Positions 39,701 through 52,393 of a stretch of DNA of 64,000 bases are shown here, one piece after another. Position numbers and translations under genes: made by a program. The notes under the pieces were generated by a model, which saw only the letters and a list, made by a program, of their open reading frames with translations, did not search any database and was not told where the DNA came from. Source of the DNA: Eledone cirrhosa (Eukaryota); NCBI GenBank assembly GCA_964016885.1, contig OZ024742.1:272862001-272926000 (forward strand). Reading direction: 5' to 3'. How positions within the stretch are numbered: position 1 is the stretch's first letter; each line of letters opens with the position of its first letter.

Positions 39701-40080
39701 GGAACTGGCCACCGACAAAATATCACGAGGACGACCTCATCTTCACATCAAAGTCTTTTGCTGGAGGGATAATAATTCAATAGACCTGGACACACATTGA
39801 TGGGACGATGCTGCTAATGATCGACTACGATAGAGACGAGTTCTTCGAAAGTGGATGGAGGAGAAGAAAATAGAACTTGACTCCGAGGAAAAGCGTGCAC
39901 CAAAAATGAACAAAACTGTTGCACCAGGATAGAGCATCTACAAGTGCAGTCGTTGTGTAAAGCACTGCCACACCTATGTGGGTCTGTACAGCCACAACAG
40001 ACACTGCACCGACATCAGCAGCTAACACGATATTCTCCAGGTACAGATCCATGGACTTTTCAGACCGAAGGATACCAATA
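36760..40080 (+). mobile_element. Decayed near full-length RTE (BovB-like) LINE
   Basis: APE motifs GDFNAKV, HWHNLDLIL, ADCDTD; RT motifs GKAPGSDGIP, ESQCGFRS, DLMKAF, LFPDDA; RHLRWL..RMQDGRI; CSRC..C...GLYSH knuckle at ~39945. Confidence 0.85.
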
Positions 40081-40726
40081 ATATATCAATGTTTAACGAA
40101 CCAGACGAATTAGATTTGTCTTGACCGCCGTTTGTCACTCACTCCATGATTTTACTGGATTCATATTTTGTAAATACAATTTGTATATCAGAGTACTCAC
40201 AATTAGTTTCTTAGTGGTGGAAACGGTGCTGTGTGGGAACACTATTAATGAACAACCCCGGTCCATGTGGTTTTAATGTTCAACGTTGCACCTGGGGAGT
40301 GATTCTGCAGAATTCCGTGTATGTGAACCTCCAAAGAATTTACGTAGCTTGGGCTAGTGCGGAAATTATCAACGGAGTTCAGTCCGAATATTCTATCTAG
40401 AAGATCTGTTCCCAACCGCAACAGTGACTGAACGTAGTAGTCCAAGACAATATCAGCATCACGTGATCTTCCAAAGAAGGCGATAGAACTAACCACAGAA
40501 TTGGCTGTTGATTTCAAACAGCTCGAAACTCGCGTATGACCAAGTATGTTTTTAAAAAATGATCAGAAGTACATAATACATCGAAATCAAATTTATATAT
40601 GGTAATACTTATACATACCTATATATATATATATATACGTAGGTCCAGGGTTGAGTCGGGGATAACCACAGTAAGTAAGGTACTCAATACATGGCAGAGT
40701 AAAATTTTTTTATTTTATAGAAGGAA

Positions 40727-40773
40727 CTTCTACAGGACTAGTACTGTTTCATTCAGATGAAATCTTCAGGAAG
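40727..40773 (-). ncRNA. Type-I hammerhead motif in an orphan pLTR-like segment (40640-41055)
   Basis: Reverse strand: cttc-CTGAAGA-tttc-atct-gaat-GAAA-cag-tactagtc-ctg-TA-gaag. Confidence 0.7.
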
Positions 40774-42874
40774 CTGGGTGTCATATTAAGTTCTGGTATT
40801 TATACATTTAGGTAGTGGCAAGGGGTGGGGGGTGGGGGGGTGGTATTTAGATACACAGGACCACTTCATGGCACAGGCCGTTTTTTTCTATGGGGAGTGG
40901 TCAATAAGCCAGAGTGCTTTTTTGAAATAAATAAATAAGTAAATAAATAAATGAATAAATAAATAGATAAATGAATAAATAAATAAAATAAATAAAGAAA
41001 TAAATAAAAAATAAATAAATAAATAAAAACCCCAAGAATAGTAATTCAACAGATATATATATATATAATAGAAATTTAGCCTGTAACTGTGGGCGGACCT
41101 GTGCCATCTCGCCGTAAGCAGTAGATACGTGGCGCATGTACGTGTTGCCCTCCTATTCTGTGGTTTAAGATCTACAGGCTGACTTCTGGGAGCTCTTGCC
41201 CGGGGTTGTAGTCTTTCTAGCACGATCGGCCTTCCATATATTGACGGTCGTTGTTATGATCCCGAAAGTAACGTTTGGGCCCCGATAGCCCTCCGTAGTT
41301 ACTAACGGTCTGTGTACACTTAAATCGGGCAATGGCACGTGCGGACATGATTATCTCCGTAGGAATTCAATTTTATTTTACTACATCTCATCGTATGTAT
41401 TTATTTTGAATGTATTATCCGTGGTGGTGGGTCTTGCCTAATGTGGTATTTCTGTGTTTAATATCAGCTTTGACCCGGGTGTCCTACGCTGTGTGTGTGT
41501 GCGTGTGTGTCTGTGTATACATTTATATGTGTATGGGTGTAGGTGGTTGTATATGTCTGTATATAAAAATATATATATATATGTATACCGTCTCTGTATA
41601 TGCATGTGGTGTGTATATGTGCATATACGTGCTGAACATATTGGTGTGTATAATCTTGTGATGTCCCAATGCGGTGACTTCATGGCTCTTGAAGCTATTT
41701 TTTATATATCTTTTGTCTTTTTATATATCTTTTGTATGCGCTCCAACTGTGTCTGCTTGCTTTGGCTAACCCGCCTGCACCTTGCTTTCGGCCTCTTGCT
41801 ACTGCACGTGAATTCTCCTACCTTCCTTCGATGTACCCCTGTTTGACCATTGGACTCCTGCCCGGGTGTGAACCGGTTTGTGATTACCCCACCGCTCAAC
41901 TGTGTGAATGCACACCCGTGACTTTCGAGTGAACTTTTGTGACTGCCCAACCTGGGACGCCTCCATTGCCTTGCAATGGTCAAGTGATACTGGTGACTGT
42001 GACACCTAGTGCCTTCGTGGGCCCCTGATATTTTCAAGAAATATATTCTAAAAAAATGGTCAAGTGATACGGATAACTGTGACACTTAGTGCCTTCGTGG
42101 GCCCCTGATATATTCAAGAGATATATTCTAAAAAAATATATATCTTATCTCAATTTAATTTATTTTATTTTATTTTATTTCATTTCATTTTATTTAATTT
42201 TATTTATTTATTTATTTAATTTCATTCATTCATTTATTTATTTATTTACTTATTTATTTATTTATTTATTTATTTCTTTATTTAATTTTAATTTTAATTT
42301 TAATTTTATTTATTTATTTAATTTTATTTATTTATTTATTTATTTATTTAATTACATTTAATTATATCTTATATTATATTATTTGACTTTAGTCTATTTT
42401 ATTTTATTTTAGTTTACCTTATTTTATCTTATTTTATGATTATATTATATTATGTTCTATTTTATATAATTTTAATTTTAATTTCATATTATTTTATTTC
42501 ATTCCTTACCCTGTATCACTATTATCTGTATATTTTACATTTTATATGTATGTTTGTTATATTTTTGTATATTTTCTTATATATATTATAAGTCTGTTTT
42601 TCACCTATTTTTTACCTACTCTTACCTAATCCTATCTATCTTATCTACTCTTGTCTGTTCTCTTATCCATGTGTATGCTTGTATGTAACTATATGTTGAC
42701 AGCACCCCGCCCAACTGTGACTGATAGCACCCCTTATTTTTCATTGTTTATTTTTTTATTTTTATTTTTATTTTTTTTTACTTTTACTTCCTTAATATCC
42801 TTTATCTTCTATTATTTTTCATTCTTCAATGTCTTGGATTTGTTATTGCTTGTGTGGTATGTAATTAACCTTTA

Positions 42875-42920
42875 TGCTCTGATGAGTCCCACTTATAGTG
42901 CGGATGAAACAATGTTAGCA
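42875..42920 (+). ncRNA. Type-I hammerhead ribozyme in 5' pLTR
   Basis: tgct-CTGATGA-gtcc-cac-ttata-gtg-c-ggat-GAAA-caatg-TT-agca. Confidence 0.82.
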
Positions 42921-43129
42921 AGTAAAGATATGCATATGCTATAGGCGTTCTTTGTTATTTATTATATCACGGCTCTGTCCTCAGACATCGAGCTAACCTT
43001 ATACTGCGTGCTGGATAAGTGGAGTGTTATACACCCCTGATCCTCTCCCTAGTATACTATACGGCTCCCACTGGTTGAGCTTAAACTTTGATATACGTGG
43101 ATTTGTGTCCTTGTATATTATCAGGCAGT

Positions 43130-45618
43130 ATGCTAACAAAGACATACTTACCCATTTCCTTGAAGAATATTCCCACACCCCCTAAAATCTCATATGAGAA
43201 ATCACTGATAACTAGCATAAACTCATTCGTAAAACGTGTTCGGTGGCGTGCGTTCCATTTTGATAAGAAGTATGATAGCCCTGAAGAGAGGCGTAGTTTT
43301 AATAATTATGGATTTAAGACTTATAGGATTCCCCGCATAATAGCCTGTTGGATAACTTCGAAAGTGAGCTATTATCCCTTGTTAGGAATATTAGATATAA
43401 AAAATCTAGATGTACCAATAAATTTCAGAGTAAACTAAGTTCAATCGTTAGGGACTTTAGGGATAATAAATCCATTCTGGTCCCCTCTGACAAAACTAAA
43501 AACTTATATAGTATGGATTATAAAACCTATCGAGGCTTCATTTATAATGAACTACATAGGAACTACAAAAAAACAACGCAGATTAATTTAGATAATACTA
43601 ATCTGGAGGGGTATAACATAGTGGTAAAACTAGGTCTGGATAAACACACTCAGCCTTATTACCCCAAGCAGCCTAGATTCACCCTCAAGGACCACAAGGA
43701 AGATTTCATTAGCAGACCCTCAGTTAGGCTTATCTGCCCCTCCAAGTCTGACCTGGGGATTATTAGTAAGGGAATCTTGGATAGCGTTATTCCCCTGGTT
43801 AGAGAAAAAACTTTCCTTGAGCTTTGGGGTAACACTAGTGAAGTCATTAGGTGGTTCTCTACGGATTGTGGTCGTGACTCACTCAAATACATCCAATTTG
43901 ATATTGATGCTTATTATACATCTATATCTCCTATTATCCTCAATAAGGCCCTCATCCTAGCCATGCAGAGGGGGGCAATTACAAGGCCACAGATAGATAT
44001 TGTTCTCGCTGCATGTAAAACCATTATCATGTTTGAGGATAATCTATGGACGAGAAAAAACACACCTGATAATTTTGACATTACTATGGGGTCGAGTGAC
44101 TCTGCTCAGGTCACCGACTTAGTTGGGCTATACCTCCTCAATGAACTGCATAGCAACTTCCCTTTCCTTAGGGGCGGGTTGTACCGGGATGACGCCCTAA
44201 TCTCCATAGATACTAGTAAGTATAATATAGTGCGCATTAGGAAAAAGCTGCATAGTTTTTTTAAAACCTTTAACCTATCCATTACTATGGATATAAATGA
44301 TAGAACTGTGAACTTCCTGGATGTTACATTAGACTTGGATAACCATACGTACACACCGTACCATAAGCCTAATGAATTACTGACTTACGTGAATACCAAC
44401 TCTAACCACCCTAGGTCGGTCATCAGCGGTATACTGAAGGGCGTATCTAACAGAATAAGTTCACTCTCACATAGTGAGGAGGCGTTTGACTCGCAGGCTG
44501 ATTACTATAATGATGCCTTAGCTAGATCCGGCTTTAGGGACAAATTGTATTACACCCAGGGAAATAATAGTCCTAATAGTAGCTCTACCAGTGTTGTTAT
44601 AACACATAATATGTCCATTGGTAATGGAGGTGTCGCGAATGGGAGGGTTCTAAATGCCGGTGGAATGAAGCAGCAGGGCACCATTAGTCTAAGTAATAGC
44701 AATAGAGGTGTCGCGAATGGGAGGTTTCTAAATGCCGGTGGAATGAACCAGCAGGGCACCATTAGTCTAAGTAATAGCAATGGTAGGCCTCGCAGCTCCC
44801 CGCATAGACTAGGTGAGCATAGTAACCGTAGAAATAATAATGCTAATAATAGTGATGGAAATAGAAAGAATAAAAAGAATAGAAGAAGATTGAATACATA
44901 CTTCAACCCCCCTTTTAATTCTGAAGTGGCTATAAATATTCCTAGGGCCTTCTTCTCTGTGTTAGAAAGGAACTTCCCTCCTGGTAATAGGTACCACTCT
45001 ATCCTCAATAAGAATGTTGTTAAACTTTCGTATTCTACAACCCAAAATCTGGCCTCTCATCTGGCCATCACTAATAATAAGAAAATAAAGGAAGGCCTGG
45101 ACAACCTAAGCCTAGGGGAAAACACGGTAGTGGACAGAGTGGGCCGAAACACAAGTGGTGATCATTCTGAGAATAGCATCACCAGAAGTTGTAACTGTAG
45201 AAGGGCTTCAGGCTGCCCCCTGAATGGTTTCTGCCTTGTTAGAAACATAGTTTATGCGTGTGATGTGGTAACTACGGCGTCCACTAAAACCTATATAGGA
45301 TCAACCTCCACCCCCTTTAAGACCAGGTTTAACTCTCACCAGTGCACTTTTAGACATAATAAACTGAGGAACTCCACCTCCTTGGCAGCGTACGTCCACA
45401 ATTTAAAAAATGCACGAACACATTACACACTTACTTGGCGGCAGGTTGCTAAATCCCATCCATATACTCCTCATAATAGAGTATGTATCCTATGCCTTGC
45501 CGAATCCCACTCTATTATATTTGCTAAATGCCCTCTACTAAATAGAAAGTCAGAAATATTTTCCTCTTGCCCCCACCGAATATTAAGCTCTTTCTTCTAC
45601 TTTAAACCTATTAGCTAG
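43130..45618 (+). CDS. PLE RT + GIY-YIG polyprotein with one frameshift at ~43333
   Basis: N-terminal SLKNIP..FVKRVRWRA joins the 756-aa ORF with PSDKT, TLKDHK, QFDIDAYY, ITMGS, GLYRDD, NFLDV, YHKP, SNHP, FNPPF, CNCR..CPL..CL, IVY..YIGST..FKTR, CILCLAE and LLN.KSE..CPH. Confidence 0.9.
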
Positions 45619-47141
45619 CACTTCCTTATTTCTCCAGTTGGGCTATCTTGTGTAACTGTCTCTGATTGTGTGTAACTGTCTCCTGTTGTTTGTCTTCTAT
45701 GTATATGAGTCGGTGAGTGTATACGTATGCCTGCGGGAGGATATTGATCTGGTATTTGGGGTGTACAGGGGAGTGGGTGTGTATGTTAATAAGCACCCCT
45801 GTTTGGCACAGCGGATGTAACCCATCCACGCTCGCCTACCCACCATTGGTGCATTGGTGGGTCTATCCTGACGTGTATCTTGTGGATCTGTACCTCTGTA
45901 TGCGCATGAGTTGTGATGTAATGTATCTATATAGAGCGTGTACTGTGATATAGGCTGCACTAATAGAAATTTAGCCTGTAACTGTGGGCGGACCTGTGCC
46001 ATCTCGCCGTAAGCAGTAGATACGTGGCGCATGTACGTGTTGCCCTCCTATTCTGTGGTTTAAGATCTACAGGCTGACTTCTGGGAGCTCTTGCCCGGGG
46101 TTGTAGTCTTTCTAGCACGATCGGCCTTCCATATATTGACGGTCGTTGTTATGATCCCGAAAGTAACGTTTGGGCCCCGATAGCCCTCCGTAGTTACTAA
46201 CGGTCTGTGTACACTTAAATCGGGCAATGGCACGTGCGGACATGATTATCTCCGTAGGAATTCAATTTTATTTTACTACATCTCATCGTATGTATTTATT
46301 TTGAATGTATTATCCGTGGTGGTGGGTCTTGCCTAATGTGGTATTTCTGTGTTTAATATCAGCTTTGACCCGGGTGTCCTACGCTGTGTGTGTGTGCGTG
46401 TGTGTCTGTGTATACATTTATATGTGTATGGGTGTAGGTGGTTGTATATGTCTGTATATAAAAAAATATATATATATGTATACCGTCTCTGCATATGCAT
46501 GTGGTGTGTATATGTGCATATACGTGCTGAACATATTGGTGTGTATAATCTTGTGATGTCCCAATGCGGTGACTTCATGGCTCTTGAAGCTATTTTTTAT
46601 ATATCTTTTGTCTTTTTATATATCTTTTGTATGCGCTCCAACTGTGTCTGCTTGCTTTGGCTAACCCGCCTGCACCTTGCTTTCGGCCTCTTGCTACTGC
46701 ACGTGAATTCTCCTACCTTCCTTCGATGTACCTCTGTTTGACCATTGGACTCTTGCCCGGGTGTGAACCGGTTTGTGATTACCCCACCGCTCAACTGTGT
46801 GAATGCACACCCGTCACTTTCGAGTGAACTTTTGTGACTGCCCAACCTGGGACGCCTCCATTGCCTTGCAATGGTCAAGTTGATACTGGTGACTGTGACA
46901 CTTAGTGCCTTCGTGGGCCCCTGATATTTTCAAGAAACATATTCTAAAAAAATGGTCAAGTGATACGGATAACTGTGACACTTAGTGCCTTCGTGGGCCC
47001 CTGATATATTCAAGAGATATATTCTAAAAAAATATATATCTTATCTCAATTTACTTTATTTTATTTTATTTTATTTCATTTCATTTTATTTAATTTTATT
47101 TATTTATTTAATTTCATTCATTCATTTATTTATTTATTTAC

Positions 47142-47185
<44 letters not shown>

Positions 47186-47788
47186 TTTTAATTTTAATTT
47201 TAATTTTATTTATTTATTTAATTTTATTTATTTATTTAATTTTATTTATTTATTTATTTAATTACATTTAATTATATCTTATATTATATTATTTTACTTT
47301 AGTCTATTTTATTTTATTTTAGTTTATCTTATTTTATCTTATTTTATGATTATATTATATTATGTTCTATTTTATATAATTTTAATTTTAATTTTATATT
47401 ATTTTATTTCATTCCTTACACTGTATCACTATTATCTGTATATTTTACATTTTATATGTATGTTTGTTATATTTTTTTATATTTTCTTATATATATTATA
47501 AGTCTGTTTTTCACCTATTTTTTACCTACTCTTACCTAATCCTATCTATCTTATCTACTCTTGTCTGTTCTCTTATCCATGTGTACGCTTGTATGTAACT
47601 ATATGTTGACAGCACCCCGCCCAACGGTGATAGCACCCCTTATTTTTCATTGTTTATTTTATTATTTATTTATTTTTTTTTTTTTTTATTTTTACTTTTA
47701 CTTCCTTAATATCCTTTATCTTCTATTATTTTTCATTCTTCAATGTCTTGTATTTGTTATTGCTTGTGTGGTATGTAATTAACCTTTA

Positions 47789-47834
47789 TGCTCTGATGAG
47801 TCCCACTTATAGTGCGGATGAAACAATGTTAGCA
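47789..47834 (+). ncRNA. Type-I hammerhead ribozyme in 3' pLTR
   Basis: Identical to 42875-42920. Confidence 0.82.
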
Positions 47835-47876
47835 AGTAAAGATATGCATATGCTATAGGCGTTCTTTGTTATTTAT

Positions 47877-47908
<32 letters not shown>

Positions 47909-48749
47909 CACATATATGTATATAAATATAAACAAATGATGAACCAAAACATGTCAAATATGTTTAGAATTGTGTTTCTCAATAAGTAAGCTAAATAGCC
48001 TCTATCTAGGGCCATAGAATATGCACTTTGTATATATAACGTGTTTCTTTTAGGATATATGACTCTATTTATCTATATAAAAACATTTATCTTTTAATTT
48101 GATTATGCTGGCTCTAGATAAAGACTATTGACCTTACCTATTGAGAAATACAAAATTCTAAACTTATTTGATATGTTTTGATTCATCATTTGTATTTAAT
48201 GGTTCCAAACTACCTGACTTATTGAGGTCGGTGGCTATAATCACCGTTCCTATTTCTAACAATATTGTCGTCCACCTTGTGTATATCTATTTGCCATAGA
48301 TTTAACGTCATTACAACATGTACTCTCAGCATGGTGGACGCCTTGCACTTAGCTGTGATTTTCCCAGATATATTGATTTATGTACCATCTTCATTCTATA
48401 TTTTTCTTAGAATGGTGAGACTAAATCTCTGATGAGTACCTGAGTCTGATATGTTTTAATCAAAATCGATAGTTTGTCTTCGATGAACGAATATATTCAT
48501 TGATTTTCTTTCTTTCGAAGATTGATTACATAGATCGATTTTTAGCTATACTCCTCAGGAATGAAATTGTGCTATACGGTTTCACTTACGATTCCATCTG
48601 CGTACATATTCTTCTATTGAATAGGTATTCGGTACATATACAATGTAGCGTGTTTATTTTACGATATATCGCCTGTCTCTCTCTATATAAACATATACTT
48701 TTTAATTTGGTTATATGTATATATATAAACATATATATATTGTTAGTTG

Positions 48750-49400
48750 GGGAGGGTCATATTGTTATAATATTGCAAGAAATATATAGTAAAACACTCA
48801 GGCATAGGTCACATTTAGATCAACTGCAAGAATCGGTGATAATCAATGAATGACATGGAAGTTGGCTTACAATGAGATTAGTCCGAAGAATAAAACTCAA
48901 TATTCGTACTCCCTGCATATTAATTGTAATATGCCGTCTTTGAGAGTAAAGTTTATTTTGTCGATATTTCGAAGTCTCGGTTCGTCGGAACATGAATTTG
49001 AATTAACATCTCTCCCATTATTGACACTTTGCATCAGTAAACGTTACAAGGCCCTCTTTAGGGCCACAACTTCTGATTCTTTATCCGACTTATTATGGTA
49101 TGTTTTCTCGGGTTATGTCTACTATAGGGGAAAATGGGATGGTTTTATTGAATTGCTTCAGTCATTCGAAGGGCTTTACAAACGATGATATACATGGTGC
49201 TTGAATAGTACCTGAATATGTTCACTCGGTTATAATTTCTTCAATAATTGCTATAACTTTCTCAATTGTTCTGTATTTGTTCTTGAGCGCTAAGGCAGTA
49301 AGTTTGCTATTCTTATACATAAGTTTGTTGAATAAGTTCGATACTCTTTGAGCTCAAAATTCCCCGGCTTATCCACTCTGAATTAATAAATCTGGATGGC
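48750..49400 (-). mobile_element. Possible very old PLE RT remnant
   Basis: Reverse strand contains PFSPIVDIT (resembles the P.RPIV motif); otherwise heavily decayed. Confidence 0.25.
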
Positions 49401-51620
49401 AGACTTATGACTTAAACAGCTATTGATAGTTCCACACAAAACAAATTATCTGTCATAAACGCAAATAGCAAGGTTGCTATTGAAAATTCAGTTGGGCATC
49501 CGGAGTCGCTAGCATTTCCAGGCGCACTCCGTGAACTGCGAATAACCCCACCTTTCCCGGGTATTACCGGGTACTGCAGCTAGTACATACATACATGCAT
49601 ATACATATACACGTAGGTGCATACATGTGCACACACACAGACACACACACACACACACACACAGAAACACACAAACACAAACATAAACGCATATAAATAA
49701 AAGGGTAAATACACCCTTTGTTGCAAATAATTGTTTCCACAATCTGCATCCACTACGTATCAATATTACATATTTTTTAAAACAACTAAATTAATTATTG
49801 TTTTGGGAACCAGCTGCCTCTCTTATTTTCCTAGGGTTTTCAATGCAACCCAATTTCCCATCGTCTACATGTTGGCATTCTTAATAAGCATCACTATTCA
49901 TACTGATGTTTCTCTGCATTGCCCAAATTGTAGAATATGAATTGTTGAGGATTTTCAATGATATCGATACGTGCCCATAGATTTTGGTAGACATCACTTG
50001 ATCATCAGCTACCTTCTGTGTTTACAGTGCAGGTTCATTGCGATTTCAATTGCCAATTATATCCAAAATATTCGATCGAGTGAACATAATTTAATAATCA
50101 TTCATACTTGTTATTTATAAATTGAAACCATTTCAATAACGAGTTTTAGTTTTCTACGAAATACCAGCTATCTGTTTCTTTTGATTTCAACCTATATTTG
50201 ATGCTTTAATCTTTTGGCTTTATATACGTACTGAGGACACCCACATCATCCTTTTTTGTGGGGGGAGGGGGGCGAGCTTGCAAAGAAGCAATGGCGGTAG
50301 CTAACACCTAAAACAATCGGAATGTAAACCTGGTCACGTGACATCCGAAGATGTTAGAGGTGATGCTGTTAAAAAGGCCAATATATTTATTAATAATGAA
50401 TTAATACAACTAAATTGATGTAACCTATGCGTGCTTCAGTATCATGCTATGAAATCTGAAATCAAAGATGAATAATAAATTTTTACTTTTGAACAAATGA
50501 AGCATTTCTGTAGACACTGGAATCATTAATACACATGAATCGTTGATTTGAATAAATATTTGATACAAATTCAGATTTAATGTATGAAGTTCATGAATTT
50601 TACAAGTAATATTTTGGATTTGCCGAATATTGGGAACTTAAATTGGTTGCATCCCTACAGAGTCTGCAGCAGCGTGGTATCAGGAAATGGTAATGTAATG
50701 TAATTATTTGAATATGTGTGTTTAATCATGTAAGGAAAATTAGGTTAGAATGTTTATTCTTGCAATATAAACCCAATAGCTATTATTTGCATTGTTAATA
50801 ATAAGGAATGATATAAGCTAAATATGGGCTCAATACAAAGTAATTCAATTGTTAGAAACAGCTGCCAAGACTCCCTTAAATAAAGATGTATTGTCTTAAA
50901 ATGATCATGTTGGGTAATTCAAAATGTTCTATAGCACAACCAAAGTAAAATATGTATGATGAATAGTGAACCGCCTTTATCAATAAACATTCTTATTAAA
51001 TTAATCTCAGAATCTTGTGTGAACAGATGGCTCTGTTTATCAATGGCGTACTAAAGTTAAGCAATAAAACTACAATCAACAAATAAGAATATTGAAATTA
51101 CATATGAGCCAAAGTTTATTCATCAAAAAACACGGGAATGGCATGAAGGCGATTTGATTTCAAGTCAAATATATAATTAAACGCAATGTTGATCTTGTTG
51201 GAATTGTAGTAGGAAAGTGTATCGTGGAATTAAGTATTGAACAGGATATGTTCTGCTCCAGTAAACATTAGCACACGCTCACGCACGCCCACGCACTCGC
51301 GCATACGCATGCATGCACACACACGCTTGCATATGCACACACATAACAAACATACCAACACTTATATATTTGGAGGTTTGTGTTTATATAAAATGATCTC
51401 ACATTATTATTTCTGTATATATATATATATATATATAAAGATAGAATACATTAACCAATACACCGTCACCCAATCAAGAACACACATCAAACAAAGCACT
51501 AAACACACACGCAAACGCATACACAAAGAAGACAAAATAAAATAAACTAATAAATAAATATATAAACAGAATAAATAAAGATGGCGTAGAAAATACAATG
51601 CAACGGGAGGAAACAATAGC

Positions 51621-51662
51621 ACCACTGACGATGTTGCAGATGTGCAACGAAAGAACTTTGAT
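51621..51662 (+). ncRNA. Minimal type-I hammerhead, same family as 18528-18570 (solo Naiad-like 3' end, ~51440-51860)
   Basis: acca-CTGACGA-t-gttgca-gatg-tgcaac-GAAA-gaac-TT-tgat. Confidence 0.68.
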
Positions 51663-51860
51663 AAACTTTATATATGTGTTTGTGTCTATATTGTATCTGT
51701 ATTATTTTTTACCGTTGGTCAGTCAATGGCAACATTGAGGACCGAATAAATTAGATTACCGATATAAAAGACACAGAAGCGAAAAGCGAAAACCAACGAA
51801 ACAGTGAGTGTGTTCTGTTATTAATTTTGGCAATATTACACAATTATGACCCTCCCCAAG

Positions 51861-51924
<64 letters not shown>

Positions 51925-51929
51925 ATATA

Positions 51930-51974
<45 letters not shown>

Positions 51975-51979
51975 ATATA

Positions 51980-52013
<34 letters not shown>

Positions 52014-52105
52014 CAGAAATAATAATGTTAAGGGTGAAAGCAGCGATTCTTTGCTTAAACTTTAATCTGTTATTTTAATAAATATTGCTCTAGGGTTCTT
52101 ATATA

Positions 52106-52188
<83 letters not shown>

Positions 52189-52326
52189 AGAACCCTAGAG
52201 CAATATTTATTAAAATAACAGATTAAAGTTTAAGCAAAGAATCGTTGCTTTCACCCCTAATGGGAAGATCCCGATAGGGTGAAAACAGCGATTATTTGCT
52301 TAATCTTTAATCTATTATTTTAATAA

Positions 52327-52389
<63 letters not shown>

Positions 52390-52393
<4 letters not shown>

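Larger units (their letters stand above)
41066..47881 (+). mobile_element. Near-intact Penelope-like element (YRDD type, tentatively Nematis-like) with ~1.9-kb direct pLTRs
   Basis: 41066-42967 and 45961-47881 are highly similar direct repeats enclosing the RT/GIY-YIG ORF; both ends abut (TA)n. Confidence 0.92.

Noticed and set aside
40245-40517. 90-aa minus-strand ORF in unique DNA
   Set aside because: No recognisable domain or splice context.
48428-48490. CTGATGA motif as a hammerhead
   Set aside because: No stem II followed by GAAA at a suitable distance.
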